Positions 44,299 to 57,198 of a DNA stretch of 64,000 nt are shown here, piece after piece. Origin of the DNA: Auanema rhodensis. Lineage: Eukaryota; Animalia; Nematoda. The stretch covers positions 24,366,001 through 24,430,000 of the forward strand of contig OZ059894.1 in assembly GCA_964057225.1 (NCBI GenBank), read 5' to 3'. Under the pieces are notes generated by a model. The model searched no databases. It saw only the letters and a list, made by a program, of their open reading frames with translations, and had not been told where the DNA came from. How positions within the stretch are numbered: the first letter of the stretch is position 1; each line of letters opens with the position of its first letter. The translations under genes and the position numbers were made by a program.

Positions 44299-46702
44299 CA
44301 ATTTATGCTAATTAAATGTACACGTGATGTGCACTTGGTATGTAACTCGCTTCACGTGAAAGATGAAGAGATGCGGTTTTCAAAATTAGATTCCCCATGT
44401 CCATATTAGTCTAAAAACAAATTTTTATTGATATTGGTGCATGGTAACCATGACTTTGAAATTTACGTGAACTTTAATTTATGCTAATTAAATGTACACG
44501 TGATGTGCACTTGGTATGTAACTCGCTTCACGTGAAAGATAAAGAGATGCGGTTTTCAAAATTAAATTTCCCATGTCCATATTAGTCTAAAAACAAATTT
44601 TTATTGATATTGGTGCATGGTAACCATGACTTTGAAATTTACGTGAACTTTAATTTATGCTAATTAAATGTACACGTGATGTGCACTTGGTATGTAACTC
44701 GCTTCACGTGAAAGATAAAGAGATGCGGTTTTCAAAATTAGATTCCCCATGTCCATATTAGTCTAAAAACAAATTTTTATTGATATTGGTTCATGGTAAC
44801 CATGACTTTGAAATTTACGTGAACTTTAATTTATGCTAATTAAATGTACACGTGATGTGCACTTGGTATGTAACTCGCTTCACGTGAAAGATAAAAAGAT
44901 GCGGTTTTCAAAATTAAATTTCCCATGTCCATATTAGTCTAAAAAAAAATTTTTATTGATATTGGTGCATGGTAACCATGACTTTGAAATTTACGTGAAC
45001 TTTAATTTATGCTAATTAAATGTACACGTGATGTGCACTTGGTATGTAACTCGCTTCACGTGAAAGATGAAGAGATGCGGTTTTCAAAATTAGATTCCCC
45101 ATGTCCATATTAGTCTAAAAACAAATTTTTATTGATATTGGTGCATGGTAACCATGACTTTGAAATTTACGTGAACTTTAATTTATGCTAATTAAATGTA
45201 CACGTGATGTGCACTTGGTATGTAACTCGCTTCACGTGAAAGATAAAGAGATGCGGTTTTCAAAATTAAATTTCCCATGTCCATATTAGTCTAAAAACAA
45301 ATTTTTATTGATATTGGTTCATGGTAACCATGACTTTGAAATTTACGTGAACTTCAATTTATGCTAATTAAATGTACACGTGATGTGCACTTGGTATGTA
45401 ACTCGCTTCACGTGAAAGATGAAGAGATGCGGTTTTCAAAATTAGATTCCCCATGTCCATATTAGTCTAAAAACAAATTTTTATTGATATTGGTGCATGG
45501 TAACCATGACTTTGAAATTTACGTGAACTTTAATTTATGTTAATTAAATGTACACGTGATGTGCACTTGGTATGTAACTCGCTTCACGTGAAAGATAAAA
45601 AGATGCGGTTTTCAAAATTAGATTCCCCATGTCCATATTAGTCTAAAAACAAATTTTTATTGATATTGGTGCATGGTAACCATGACTTTGAAATTTACGT
45701 GAACTTTAATTTATGCTAATTAAATGTACACGTGATGTGCACTTGGTATGTAACTCGCTTCACGTGAAAGATAAAGAGATGCGGTTTTCAAAATTAGATT
45801 CCCCATGTCCATATTAGTCTAAAAACAAATTTTTATTGATATTGGTTCATGGTAACCATGACTTTGAAATTTACGTGAACTTTAATTTATGTTAATTAAA
45901 TGTACACGTGATGTGCACTTGGTATGTAACTCGCTTCACGTGAAAGATAAAAAGATGCGGTTTCCAAAATTAGATTCCCCATGTCCATATTAGTCTAAAA
46001 ACAAATTTTTATTGATATTGGTGCATGGTAACCATGACTTTGAAATTTACGTGAACTTCAATTTATGCTAATTAAATGTACACGTGATGTGCACTTGGTA
46101 TGTAACTCGCTTCACGTGAAAGATAAAGAGATGCGGTTTTCAAAATTAAATTTCCCATGTCCATATTAGTCTAAAAAAAAATTTTTATTGATATTGGTGC
46201 ATGGTAACCATGACTTTGAAATTTACGTGAACTTTAATTTATGCTAATTAAATGTACACGTGATGTGCACTTGGTATGTAATTCGCTTCACGTGAAAGAT
46301 AAAGAGATGCGGTTTTCAAAATTAGATTCCCCATGTCCATATTAGTCTAAAAACAAATTTTTATTGATATTGGTTCATGGTAACCATGACTTTGAAATTT
46401 ACGTGAATTTTAATTTATGCTAATTAAATGTACACGTGATGTGCACTTGGTATGTAACTCGCTTCACGTGAAAGATAAAGAGATGCGGTTTTCAAAATTA
46501 GATTCCCCATGTCCATATTAGTCTAAAAACAAATTTTTATTGATATTGGTGCATGGTAACCATGACTTTGAAATTTACGTGAACTTTAATTTATGCTAAT
46601 TAAATGTACACGTGATGTGCACTTGGTATGTAACTCGCTTCACGTGAAAGATAAAGAGATGCGGTTTTCAAAATTAGATTCCCCATGTCCATATTAGTCT
46701 AG

Positions 46703-49700
46703 AAACAAATTTTTATTGATATTGGTGCATGGTAACCATGACTTTGAAATTTACGTGAACTTTAATTTATGCTAATTAAATGTACACGTGATGTGCACTT
46801 GGTATGTAACTCGCTTCACGTGAAAGATAAAGAGATGCGGTTTTCAAAATTAGATTCCCCATGTCCATATTAGTCTAAAAACAAATTTTTATTGATATTG
46901 GTTCATGGTAACCATGACTTTGAAATTTACGTGAACTTTAATTTATGCTAATTAAATGTACACGTGATGTGCACTTGGTATGTAACTCGCTTCACGTGAA
47001 AGATAAAGAGATGCGGTTTTCAAAATTAGATTCCCCATGTCCATATTAGTCTAAAAACAAATTTTTATTGATATTGGTTCATGGTAACCATGACTTTGAA
47101 ATTTACGTGAACTTTAATTTATGCTAATTAAATGTACACGTGATGTGCACTTGGTATGTAACTCGCTTCACGTGAAAGATAAAGAGATGCGGTTTTCAAA
47201 ATTAGATTCCCCATGTCCATATTAGTCTAAAAACAAATTTTTATTGATATTGGTTCATGGTAACCATGACTTTGAAATTTACGTGAACTTTAATTTATGC
47301 TAATTAAATGTACACGTGATGTGCACTTGGTATGTAACTCGCTTCACGTGAAAGATAAAGAGATGCGGTTTTCAAAATTAGATTCCCTATGTCCATATTA
47401 GTCTAAAAACAAATTTTTATTGATATTGGTTCATGGTAACCATGACTTTGAAATTTACGTGAACTTTAATTTATGCTAATTAAATGTACACGTGATGTGC
47501 ACTTGGTATGTAACTCGTTTCACGTGAAAGATAAAGAGATGCGGTTTTCACAATTAGATTCCCCATGTCCATATTAGTCTAAAAACAAATTTTTATTGAT
47601 ATTGGTGCATGGTAACCATGACTTTGAAATTTACGTGAACTTTAATTTATGCTAATTAAATGTACACGTGATGTGCACTTGGTATGTAACTCGCTTCACG
47701 TGAAAGATAAAGAGATGCGGTTTTCAAAATTAGATTCCCCATGTCCATATTAGTCTAAAAACAAATTTTTATTGATATTGGTTCATGGTAACCATGACTT
47801 TGAAATTTACGTGAACTTCAATTTATGCTAATTAAATGTACACGTGATGTGCACTTGGTATGTAACTCGCTTCACGTGAAAGATGAAGAGATGCGGTTTT
47901 CAAAATTAGATTCCCCATGTCCATATTAGTCTAAAAACAAATTTTTATTGATATTGGTGCATGGTAACCATGACTTTGAAATTTACGTGAACTTTAATTT
48001 ATGCTAATTAAATGTACACGTGATGTGCACTTGGTATGTAACTCGCTTCACGTGAAAGATAAAGAGATGCGGTTTTCAAAATTAGATTCCCCATGTCCAT
48101 ATTAGTCTAAAAACAAATTTTTATTGATATTGGTTCATGGTAACCATGACTTTGAAATTTACGTGAACTTTAATTTATGCTAATTAAATGTACACGTGAT
48201 GTGCACTTGGTATGTAACTCGCTTCACGTGAAAGATAAAGAGATGCGGTTTCCAAAATTAGATTCCCCATGTCCATATTAGTCTAAAAACAAATTTTTAT
48301 TGATATTGGTGCATGGTAACCATGACTTTGAAATTTACGTGAATTTTAATTTATGCTAATTAAATGTACACGTGATGTGCACTTGGTATGTAACTAGCTT
48401 CACGTGAAAGATAAAGAGATGCGGTTTTCAAAATTAGATTCCCCATGTCCATATTAGTCTAAAAACAAATTTTTATTGATATTGGTGCATGGTAACCATG
48501 ACTTTGAAATTTACGTGAACTTCAATTTATGCTAATTAAATGTACACGTGATGTGCACTTGGTATGTAACTCGCTTCACGTGAAAGATAAAGAGATGCGG
48601 TTTTCAAAATTAGATTCCCCATGTCCATATTAGTCTAAAAACAAATTTTTATTGATATTGGTGCATGGTAACCATGACTTTGAAATTTACGTGAACTTTA
48701 ATTTATGCTAATTAAATGTACACGTGATGTGCACTTGGTATGTAACTCGCTTCACGTGAAAGATAAAGAGATGCGGTTTTCAAAATTAGATTCCCCATGT
48801 CCATATTAGTCTAAAAACAAATTTTTATTGATATTGGTGCATGGTAACCATGACTTTGAAATTTACGTGAACTTTAATTTATGCTAATTAAATGTACACG
48901 TGATGTGCACTTGGTATGTAACTCGCTTCACGTGAAAGATAAAGAGATGCGGTTTTCAAAATTAGATTCCCCATGTCCATATTAGTCTAAAAACAAATTT
49001 TTATTGATATTGGTTCATGGTAACCATGACTTTGAAATTTACGTGAACTTTAATTTATGCTAATTAAATGTACACGTGATGTGCACTTGGTATGTAACTC
49101 GCTTCACGTGAAAGATAAAGAGATGCGGTTTTCAAAATTAGATTCCCCATGTCCATATTAGTCTAAAAACAAATTTTTATTGATATTGGTTCATGGTAAC
49201 CATGACTTTGAAATTTACGTGAACTTTAATTTATGCTAATTAAATGTACACGTGATGTGCACTTGGTATGTAACTCGCTTCACGTGAAAGATAAAGAGAT
49301 GCGGTTTTCAAAATTAGATTCCCCATGTCCATATTAGTCTAAAAACAAATTTTTATTGATATTGGTTCATGGTAACCATGACTTTGAAATTTACGTGAAC
49401 TTTAATTTATGCTAATTAAATGTACACGTGATGTGCACTTGGTATGTAACTCGCTTCACGTGAAAGATAAAGAGATGCGGTTTTCAAAATTAGATTCCCT
49501 ATGTCCATATTAGTCTAAAAACAAATTTTTATTGATATTGGTTCATGGTAACCATGACTTTGAAATTTACGTGAACTTTAATTTATGCTAATTAAATGTA
49601 CACGTGATGTGCACTTGGTATGTAACTCGTTTCACGTGAAAGATAAAGAGATGCGGTTTTCACAATTAGATTCCCCATGTCCATATTAGTCTAAAAACAA

Positions 49701-50900
49701 ATTTTTATTGATATTGGTGCATGGTAACCATGACTTTGAAATTTACGTGAACTTTAATTTATGCTAATTAAATGTACACGTGATGTGCACTTGGTATGTA
49801 ACTCGCTTCACGTGAAAGATAAAGAGATGCGGTTTTCAAAATTAGATTCCCCATGTCCATATTAGTCTAAAAACAAATTTTTATTGATATTGGTTCATGG
49901 TAACCATGACTTTGAAATTTACGTGAACTTCAATTTATGCTAATTAAATGTACACGTGATGTGCACTTGGTATGTAACTCGCTTCACGTGAAAGATGAAG
50001 AGATGCGGTTTTCAAAATTAGATTCCCCATGTCCATATTAGTCTAAAAACAAATTTTTATTGATATTGGTGCATGGTAACCATGACTTTGAAATTTACGT
50101 GAACTTTAATTTATGCTAATTAAATGTACACGTGATGTGCACTTGGTATGTAACTCGCTTCACGTGAAAGATAAAGAGATGCGGTTTTCAAAATTAGATT
50201 CCCCATGTCCATATTAGTCTAAAAACAAATTTTTATTGATATTGGTTCATGGTAACCATGACTTTGAAATTTACGTGAACTTTAATTTATGCTAATTAAA
50301 TGTACACGTGATGTGCACTTGGTATGTAACTCGCTTCACGTGAAAGATAAAGAGATGCGGTTTCCAAAATTAGATTCCCCATGTCCATATTAGTCTAAAA
50401 ACAAATTTTTATTGATATTGGTGCATGGTAACCATGACTTTGAAATTTACGTGAATTTTAATTTATGCTAATTAAATGTACACGTGATGTGCACTTGGTA
50501 TGTAACTAGCTTCACGTGAAAGATAAAGAGATGCGGTTTTCAAAATTAGATTCCCCATGTCCATATTAGTCTAAAAACAAATTTTTATTGATATTGGTGC
50601 ATGGTAACCATGACTTTGAAATTTACGTGAACTTCAATTTATGCTAATTAAATGTACACGTGATGTGCACTTGGTATGTAACTCGCTTCACGTGAAAGAT
50701 AAAGAGATGCGGTTTTCAAAATTAGATTCCCCATGTCCATATTAGTCTAAAAACAAATTTTTATTGATATTGGTGCATGGTAACCATGACTTTGAAATTT
50801 ACGTGAACTTTAATTTATGCTAATTAAATGTACACGTGATGTGCACTTGGTATGTAACTCGCTTCACGTGAAAGATAAAGAGATGCGGTTTTCAAAATTA
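46703..50900 (+). repeat. 12-monomer (2112-bp) tandem duplication
   Basis: The rare TTCACAATT variant was seen only at 47551 and 49663 (2112 apart), with the same ordered variants around it. Flanking mismatches are 46702 vs 48814 and 48789 vs 50901. Confidence 0.88.
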
Positions 50901-53900
50901 AATTTCCCATGTCCATATTAGTCTAAAAACAAATTTTTATTGATATTGGTGCATGGTAACCATGACTTTGAAATTTACGTGAACTTTAATTTATGCTAAT
51001 TAAATGTACACGTGATGTGCACTTGGTATGTAACTCGCTTCACGTGAAAGATAAAGAGATGCGGTTTTCAAAATTAGATTCCCCATGTCCATATTAGTCT
51101 AAAAACAAATTTTTATTGATATTGGTGCATGGTAACCATGACTTTGAAATTTACGTGAACTTTAATTTATGCTAATTAAATGTACACGTGATGTGCACTT
51201 GGTATGTAACTCGCTTCACGTGAAAGATAAAGAGATGCGGTTTTCAAAATTAGATTCCCCATGTCCATATTAGTCTAAAAACAAATTTTTATTGATATTG
51301 GTGCATGGTAACCATGACTTTGAAATTTACGTGAACTTCAATTTATGCTAATTAAATGTACACGTGATGTGCACTTGGTATGTAACTCGCTTCACGTGAA
51401 AGATAAAGAGATGCGGTTTTCAAAATTAGATTCCCCATGTCCATATTAGTCTAAAAACAAATTTTTATTGATATTGGTGCATGGTAACCATGACTTTGAA
51501 ATTTACGTGAACTTTAATTTATGCTAATTAAATGTACACGTGATGTGCACTTGGTATGTAACTCGCTTCACGTGAAAGATAAAGAGATGCGGTTTTCAAA
51601 ATTAGATTCCCCATGTCCATATTAGTCTAAAAACAAATTTTTATTGATATTGGTGCATGGTAACCATGACTTTGAAATTTACGTGAACTTTAATTTATGC
51701 TAATTAAATGTACACGTGATGTGCACTTGGTATGTAACTCGCTTCACGTGAAAGATAAAGAGATGCGGTTTTCAAAATTAGATTCCCCATGTCCATATTA
51801 GTCTAAAAACAAATTTTTATTGATATTGGTGCATGGTAACCATGACTTTGAAATTTACGTGAACTTTAATTTATGCTAATTAAATGTACACGTGATGTGC
51901 ACTTGGTATGTAACTCGCTTCACGTGAAAGATAAAGAGATGCGGTTTTCAAAATTAGATTCCCCATGTCCATATTAGTCTAAAAACAAATTTTTATTGAT
52001 ATTGGTGCATGGTAACCATGACTTTGAAATTTACGTGAACTTTAATTTATGCTAATTAAATGTACACGTGATGTGCACTTGGTATGTAACTCGCTTCACG
52101 TGAAAGATAAAGAGATGCGGTTTTCAAAATTAGATTTCCCATGTCCATATTAGTCTAAAAACAAATTTTTATTGATATTGGTTCATGGTAACCATGACTT
52201 TGAAATTTACGTGAACTTTAATTTATGCTAATTAAATGTACACGTGATGTGCACTTGGTATGTAACTCGCTTCACGTGAAAGATAAAGAGATGCGGTTTT
52301 CAAAATTAGATTCCCTATGTCCATATTAGTCTAAAAACAAATTTTTATTGATATTGGTTCATGGTAACCATGACTTTGAAATTTACGTGAACTTTAATTT
52401 ATGCTAATTAAATGTACACGTGATGTGCACTTGGTATGTAACTCGTTTCACGTGAAAGATAAAGAGATGCGGTTTTCAAAATTAGATTCCCCATGTCCAT
52501 ATTAGTCTAAAAACAAATTTTTATTGATATTGGTTCATGGTAACCATGACTTTGAAATTTACGTGAACTTTAATTTATGCTAATTAAATGTACACGTGAT
52601 GTGCACTTGGTATGTAACTCGCTTCACGTGAAAGATGAAGAGATGCGGTTTTCAAAATTAGATTCCCCATGTCCATATTAGTCTAAAAACAAATTTTTAT
52701 TGATATTGGTGCATGGTAACCATGACTTTGAAATTTACGTGAACTTTAATTTATGCTAATTAAATGTACACGTGATGTGCACTTGGTATGTAACTCGCTT
52801 CACGTGAAAGATAAAGAGATGCGGTTTTCAAAATTAGATTCCCCATGTCCATATTAGTCTAAAAACAAATTTTTATTGATATTGGTTCATGGTAACCATG
52901 ACTTTGAAATTTACGTGAACTTTAATTTATGCTAATTAAATGTACACGTGATGTGCACTTGGTATGTAACTCGCTTCACGTGAAAGATAAAGAGATGCGG
53001 TTTTCAAAATTAGATTCCCCATGTCCATATTAGTCTAAAAACAAATTTTTATTGATATTGGTTCATGGTAACCATGACTTTGAAATTTACGTGAACTTTA
53101 ATTTATGCTAATTAAATGTACACGTGATGTGCACTTGGTATGTAACTCGTTTCACGTGAAAGATAAAGAGATGCGGTTTTCAAAATTAGATTCCCCATGT
53201 CCATATTAGTCTAAAAACAAATTTTTATTGATATTGGTGCATGGTAACCATGACTTTGAAATTTACGTGAACTTTAATTTATGCTAATTAAATGTACACG
53301 TGATGTGCACTTGGTATGTAACTCGCTTCACGTGAAAGATAAAGAGATGCGGTTTTCAAAATTAGATTTCCCATGTCCATATTAGTCTAAAAACAAATTT
53401 TTATTGATATTGGTTCATGGTAACCATGACTTTGAAATTTACGTGAACTTCAATTTATGCTAATTAAATGTACACGTGATGTGCACTTGGTATGTAACTC
53501 GCTTCACGTGAAAGATGAAGAGATGCGGTTTTCAAAATTAGATTCCCTATGTCCATATTAGTCTAAAAACAAATTTTTATTGATATTGGTTCATGGTAAC
53601 CATGACTTTGAAATTTACGTGAACTTCAATTTATGCTAATTAAATGTACACGTGATGTGCACTTGGTATGTAACTCGCTTCACGTGAAAGATGAAGAGAT
53701 GCGGTTTTCAAAATTAGATTCCCCATGTCCATATTAGTCTAAAAACAAATTTCTATTGATATTGGTGCATGGTAACCATGACTTTGAAATTTACGTGAAC
53801 TTTAATTTATGCTAATTAAATGTACACGTGATGTGCACTTGGTATGTAACTCGCTTCACGTGAAAGATAAAAAGATGCGGTTTTCAAAATTAGATTCCCC

Positions 53901-56900
53901 ATGTCCATATTAGTCTAAAAACAAATTTTTATTGATATTGGTACATGGTAACCATGACTTTGAAATTTACGTGAACTTTAATTTATGCTAATTAAATGTA
54001 CACGTGATGTGCACTTGGTATGTAACTCGCTTCACGTGAAAGATAAAGAGATGCGGTTTTCAAAATTAAATTTCCCATGTCCATATTAGTCTAAAAACAA
54101 ATTTTTATTGATATTGGTTCATGGTAACCATGACTTTGAAATTTACGTGAACTTTAATTTATGCTAATTAAATGTACACGTGATGTGCACTTGGTATGTA
54201 ACTCGCTTCACGTGAAAGATAAAGAGATGCGGTTTTCAAAATTAAATTTCCCATGTCCATATTAGTCTAAAAACAAATTTTTATTGATATTGGTGCATGG
54301 TAACCATGACTTTGAAATTTACGTGAACTTTAATTTATGCTAATTAAATGTACACGTGATGTGCACTTGGTATGTAACTCGCTTCACGTGAAAGATAAAG
54401 AGATGCGGTTTTCAAAATTAGATTCCCCATGTCCATATTAGTCTAAAAACAAATTTTTATTGATATTGGTTCATGGTAACCATGACTTTGAAATTTACGT
54501 GAACTTTAATTTATGCTAATTAAATGTACACGTGATGTGCACTTGGTATGTAACTCGCTTCACGTGAAAGATAAAAAGATGCGGTTTTCAAAATTAAATT
54601 TCCCATGTCCATATTAGTCTAAAAAAAAATTTTTATTGATATTGGTGCATGGTAACCATGACTTTGAAATTTACGTGAACTTTAATTTATGCTAATTAAA
54701 TGTACACGTGATGTGCACTTGGTATGTAACTCGCTTCACGTGAAAGATAAAAAGATGCGGTTTTCAAAATTAGATTCCCCATGTCCATATTAGTCTAAAA
54801 ACAAATTTTTATTGATATTGGTGCATGGTAACCATGACTTTGAAATTTACGTGAACTTTAATTTATGCTAATTAAATGTACACGTGATGTGCACTTGGTA
54901 TGTAACTCGCTTCACGTGAAAGATAAAGAGATGCGGTTTTCAAAATTAGATTCCCCACGTCCATATTAGTCTAAAAACAAATTTTTATTGATATTGGTTC
55001 ATGGTAACCATGACTTTGAAATTTACGTGAACTTTAATTTATGCTAATTAAATGTACACGTGATGTGCACTTGGTATGTAACTCGCTTCACGTGAAAGAT
55101 AAAGAGATGCGGTTTTCAAAATTAGATTCCCCATGTCCATATTAGTCTAAAAACAAATTTTTATTGATATTGGTTCATGGTAACCATGACTTTGAAATTT
55201 ACGTGAACTTTAATTTATGCTAATTAAATGTACACGTGATGTGCACTTGGTATGTAACTCGCTTCACGTGAAAGATAAAGAGATGCGGTTTTCAAAATTA
55301 GATTCCCCATGTCCATATTAGTCTAAAAACAAATTTCTATTGATATTGGTGCATGGTAACCATGACTTTGAAATTTACGTGAACTTTAATTTATGCTAAT
55401 TAAATGTACACGTGATGTGCACTTGGTATGTAACTCGCTTCACGTGAAAGATAAAAAGATGCGGTTTTCAAAATTAGATTCCCCATGTCCATATTAGTCT
55501 AAAAACAAATTTTTATTGATATTGGTGCATGGTAACCATGACTTTGAAATTTACGTGAACTTTAATTTATGCTAATTAAATGTACACGTGATGTGCACTT
55601 GGTATGTAACTCGCTTCACGTGAAAGATAAAGAGATGCGGTTTTCAAAATTAGATTCCCCATGTCCATATTAGTCTAAAAACAAATTTTTATTGATATTG
55701 GTTCATGGTAACCATGACTTTGAAATTTACGTGAACTTCAATTTATGCTAATTAAATGTACACGTGATGTGCACTTGGTATGTAACTCGCTTCACGTGAA
55801 AGATGAAGAGATGCGGTTTTCAAAATTAGATTCCCCATGTCCATATTAGTCTAAAAACAAATTTTTATTGATATTGGTGCATGGTAACCATGACTTTGAA
55901 ATTTACGTGAACTTCAATTTATGCTAATTAAATGTACACGTGATGTGCACTTGGTATGTAACTCGCTTCACGTGAAAGATAAAGAGATGCGGTTTTCAAA
56001 ATTAAATTTCCCATGTCCATATTAGTCTAAAAAAAAATTTTTATTGATATTGGTGCATGGTAACCATGACTTTGAAATTTACGTGAACTTTAATTTATGC
56101 TAATTAAATGTACACGTGATGTGCACTTGGTATGTAATTCGCTTCACGTGAAAGATAAAGAGATGCGGTTTTCAAAATTAGATTCCCCATGTCCATATTA
56201 GTCTAAAAACAAATTTTTATTGATATTGGTTCATGGTAACCATGACTTTGAAATTTACGTGAATTTTAATTTATGCTAATTAAATGTACACGTGATGTGC
56301 ACTTGGTATGTAACTCGCTTCACGTGAAAGATAAAGAGATGCGGTTTTCAAAATTAGATTCCCCATGTCCATATTAGTCTAAAAACAAATTTTTATTGAT
56401 ATTGGTGCATGGTAACCATGACTTTGAAATTTACGTGAACTTTAATTTATGCTAATTAAATGTACACGTGATGTGCACTTGGTATGTAACTCGCTTCACG
56501 TGAAAGATAAAGAGATGCGGTTTTCAAAATTAGATTCCCCATGTCCATATTAGTCTAAAAACAAATTTTTATTGATATTGGTGCATGGTAACCATGACTT
56601 TGAAATTTACGTGAACTTTAATTTATGCTAATTAAATGTACACGTGATGTGCACTTGGTATGTAACTCGCTTCACGTGAAAGATAAAGAGATGCGGTTTT
56701 CAAAATTAGATTCCCCATGTCCATATTAGTCTAAAAACAAATTTTTATTGATATTGGTTCATGGTAACCATGACTTTGAAATTTACGTGAACTTTAATTT
56801 ATGCTAATTAAATGTACACGTGATGTGCACTTGGTATGTAACTCGCTTCACGTGAAAGATAAAGAGATGCGGTTTTCAAAATTAGATTCCCCATGTCCAT

Positions 56901-57198
56901 ATTAGTCTAAAAACAAATTTTTATTGATATTGGTTCATGGTAACCATGACTTTGAAATTTACGTGAACTTTAATTTATGCTAATTAAATGTACACGTGAT
57001 GTGCACTTGGTATGTAACTCGCTTCACGTGAAAGATAAAGAGATGCGGTTTTTAAAATTAGATTCCCCATGTCCATATTAGTCTAAAAACAAATTTTTAT
57101 TGATATTGGTTCATGGTAACCATGACTTTGAAATTTACGTGAACTTTAATTTATGCTAATTAAATGTACACGTGATGTGCACTTGGTATGTAACTCGC

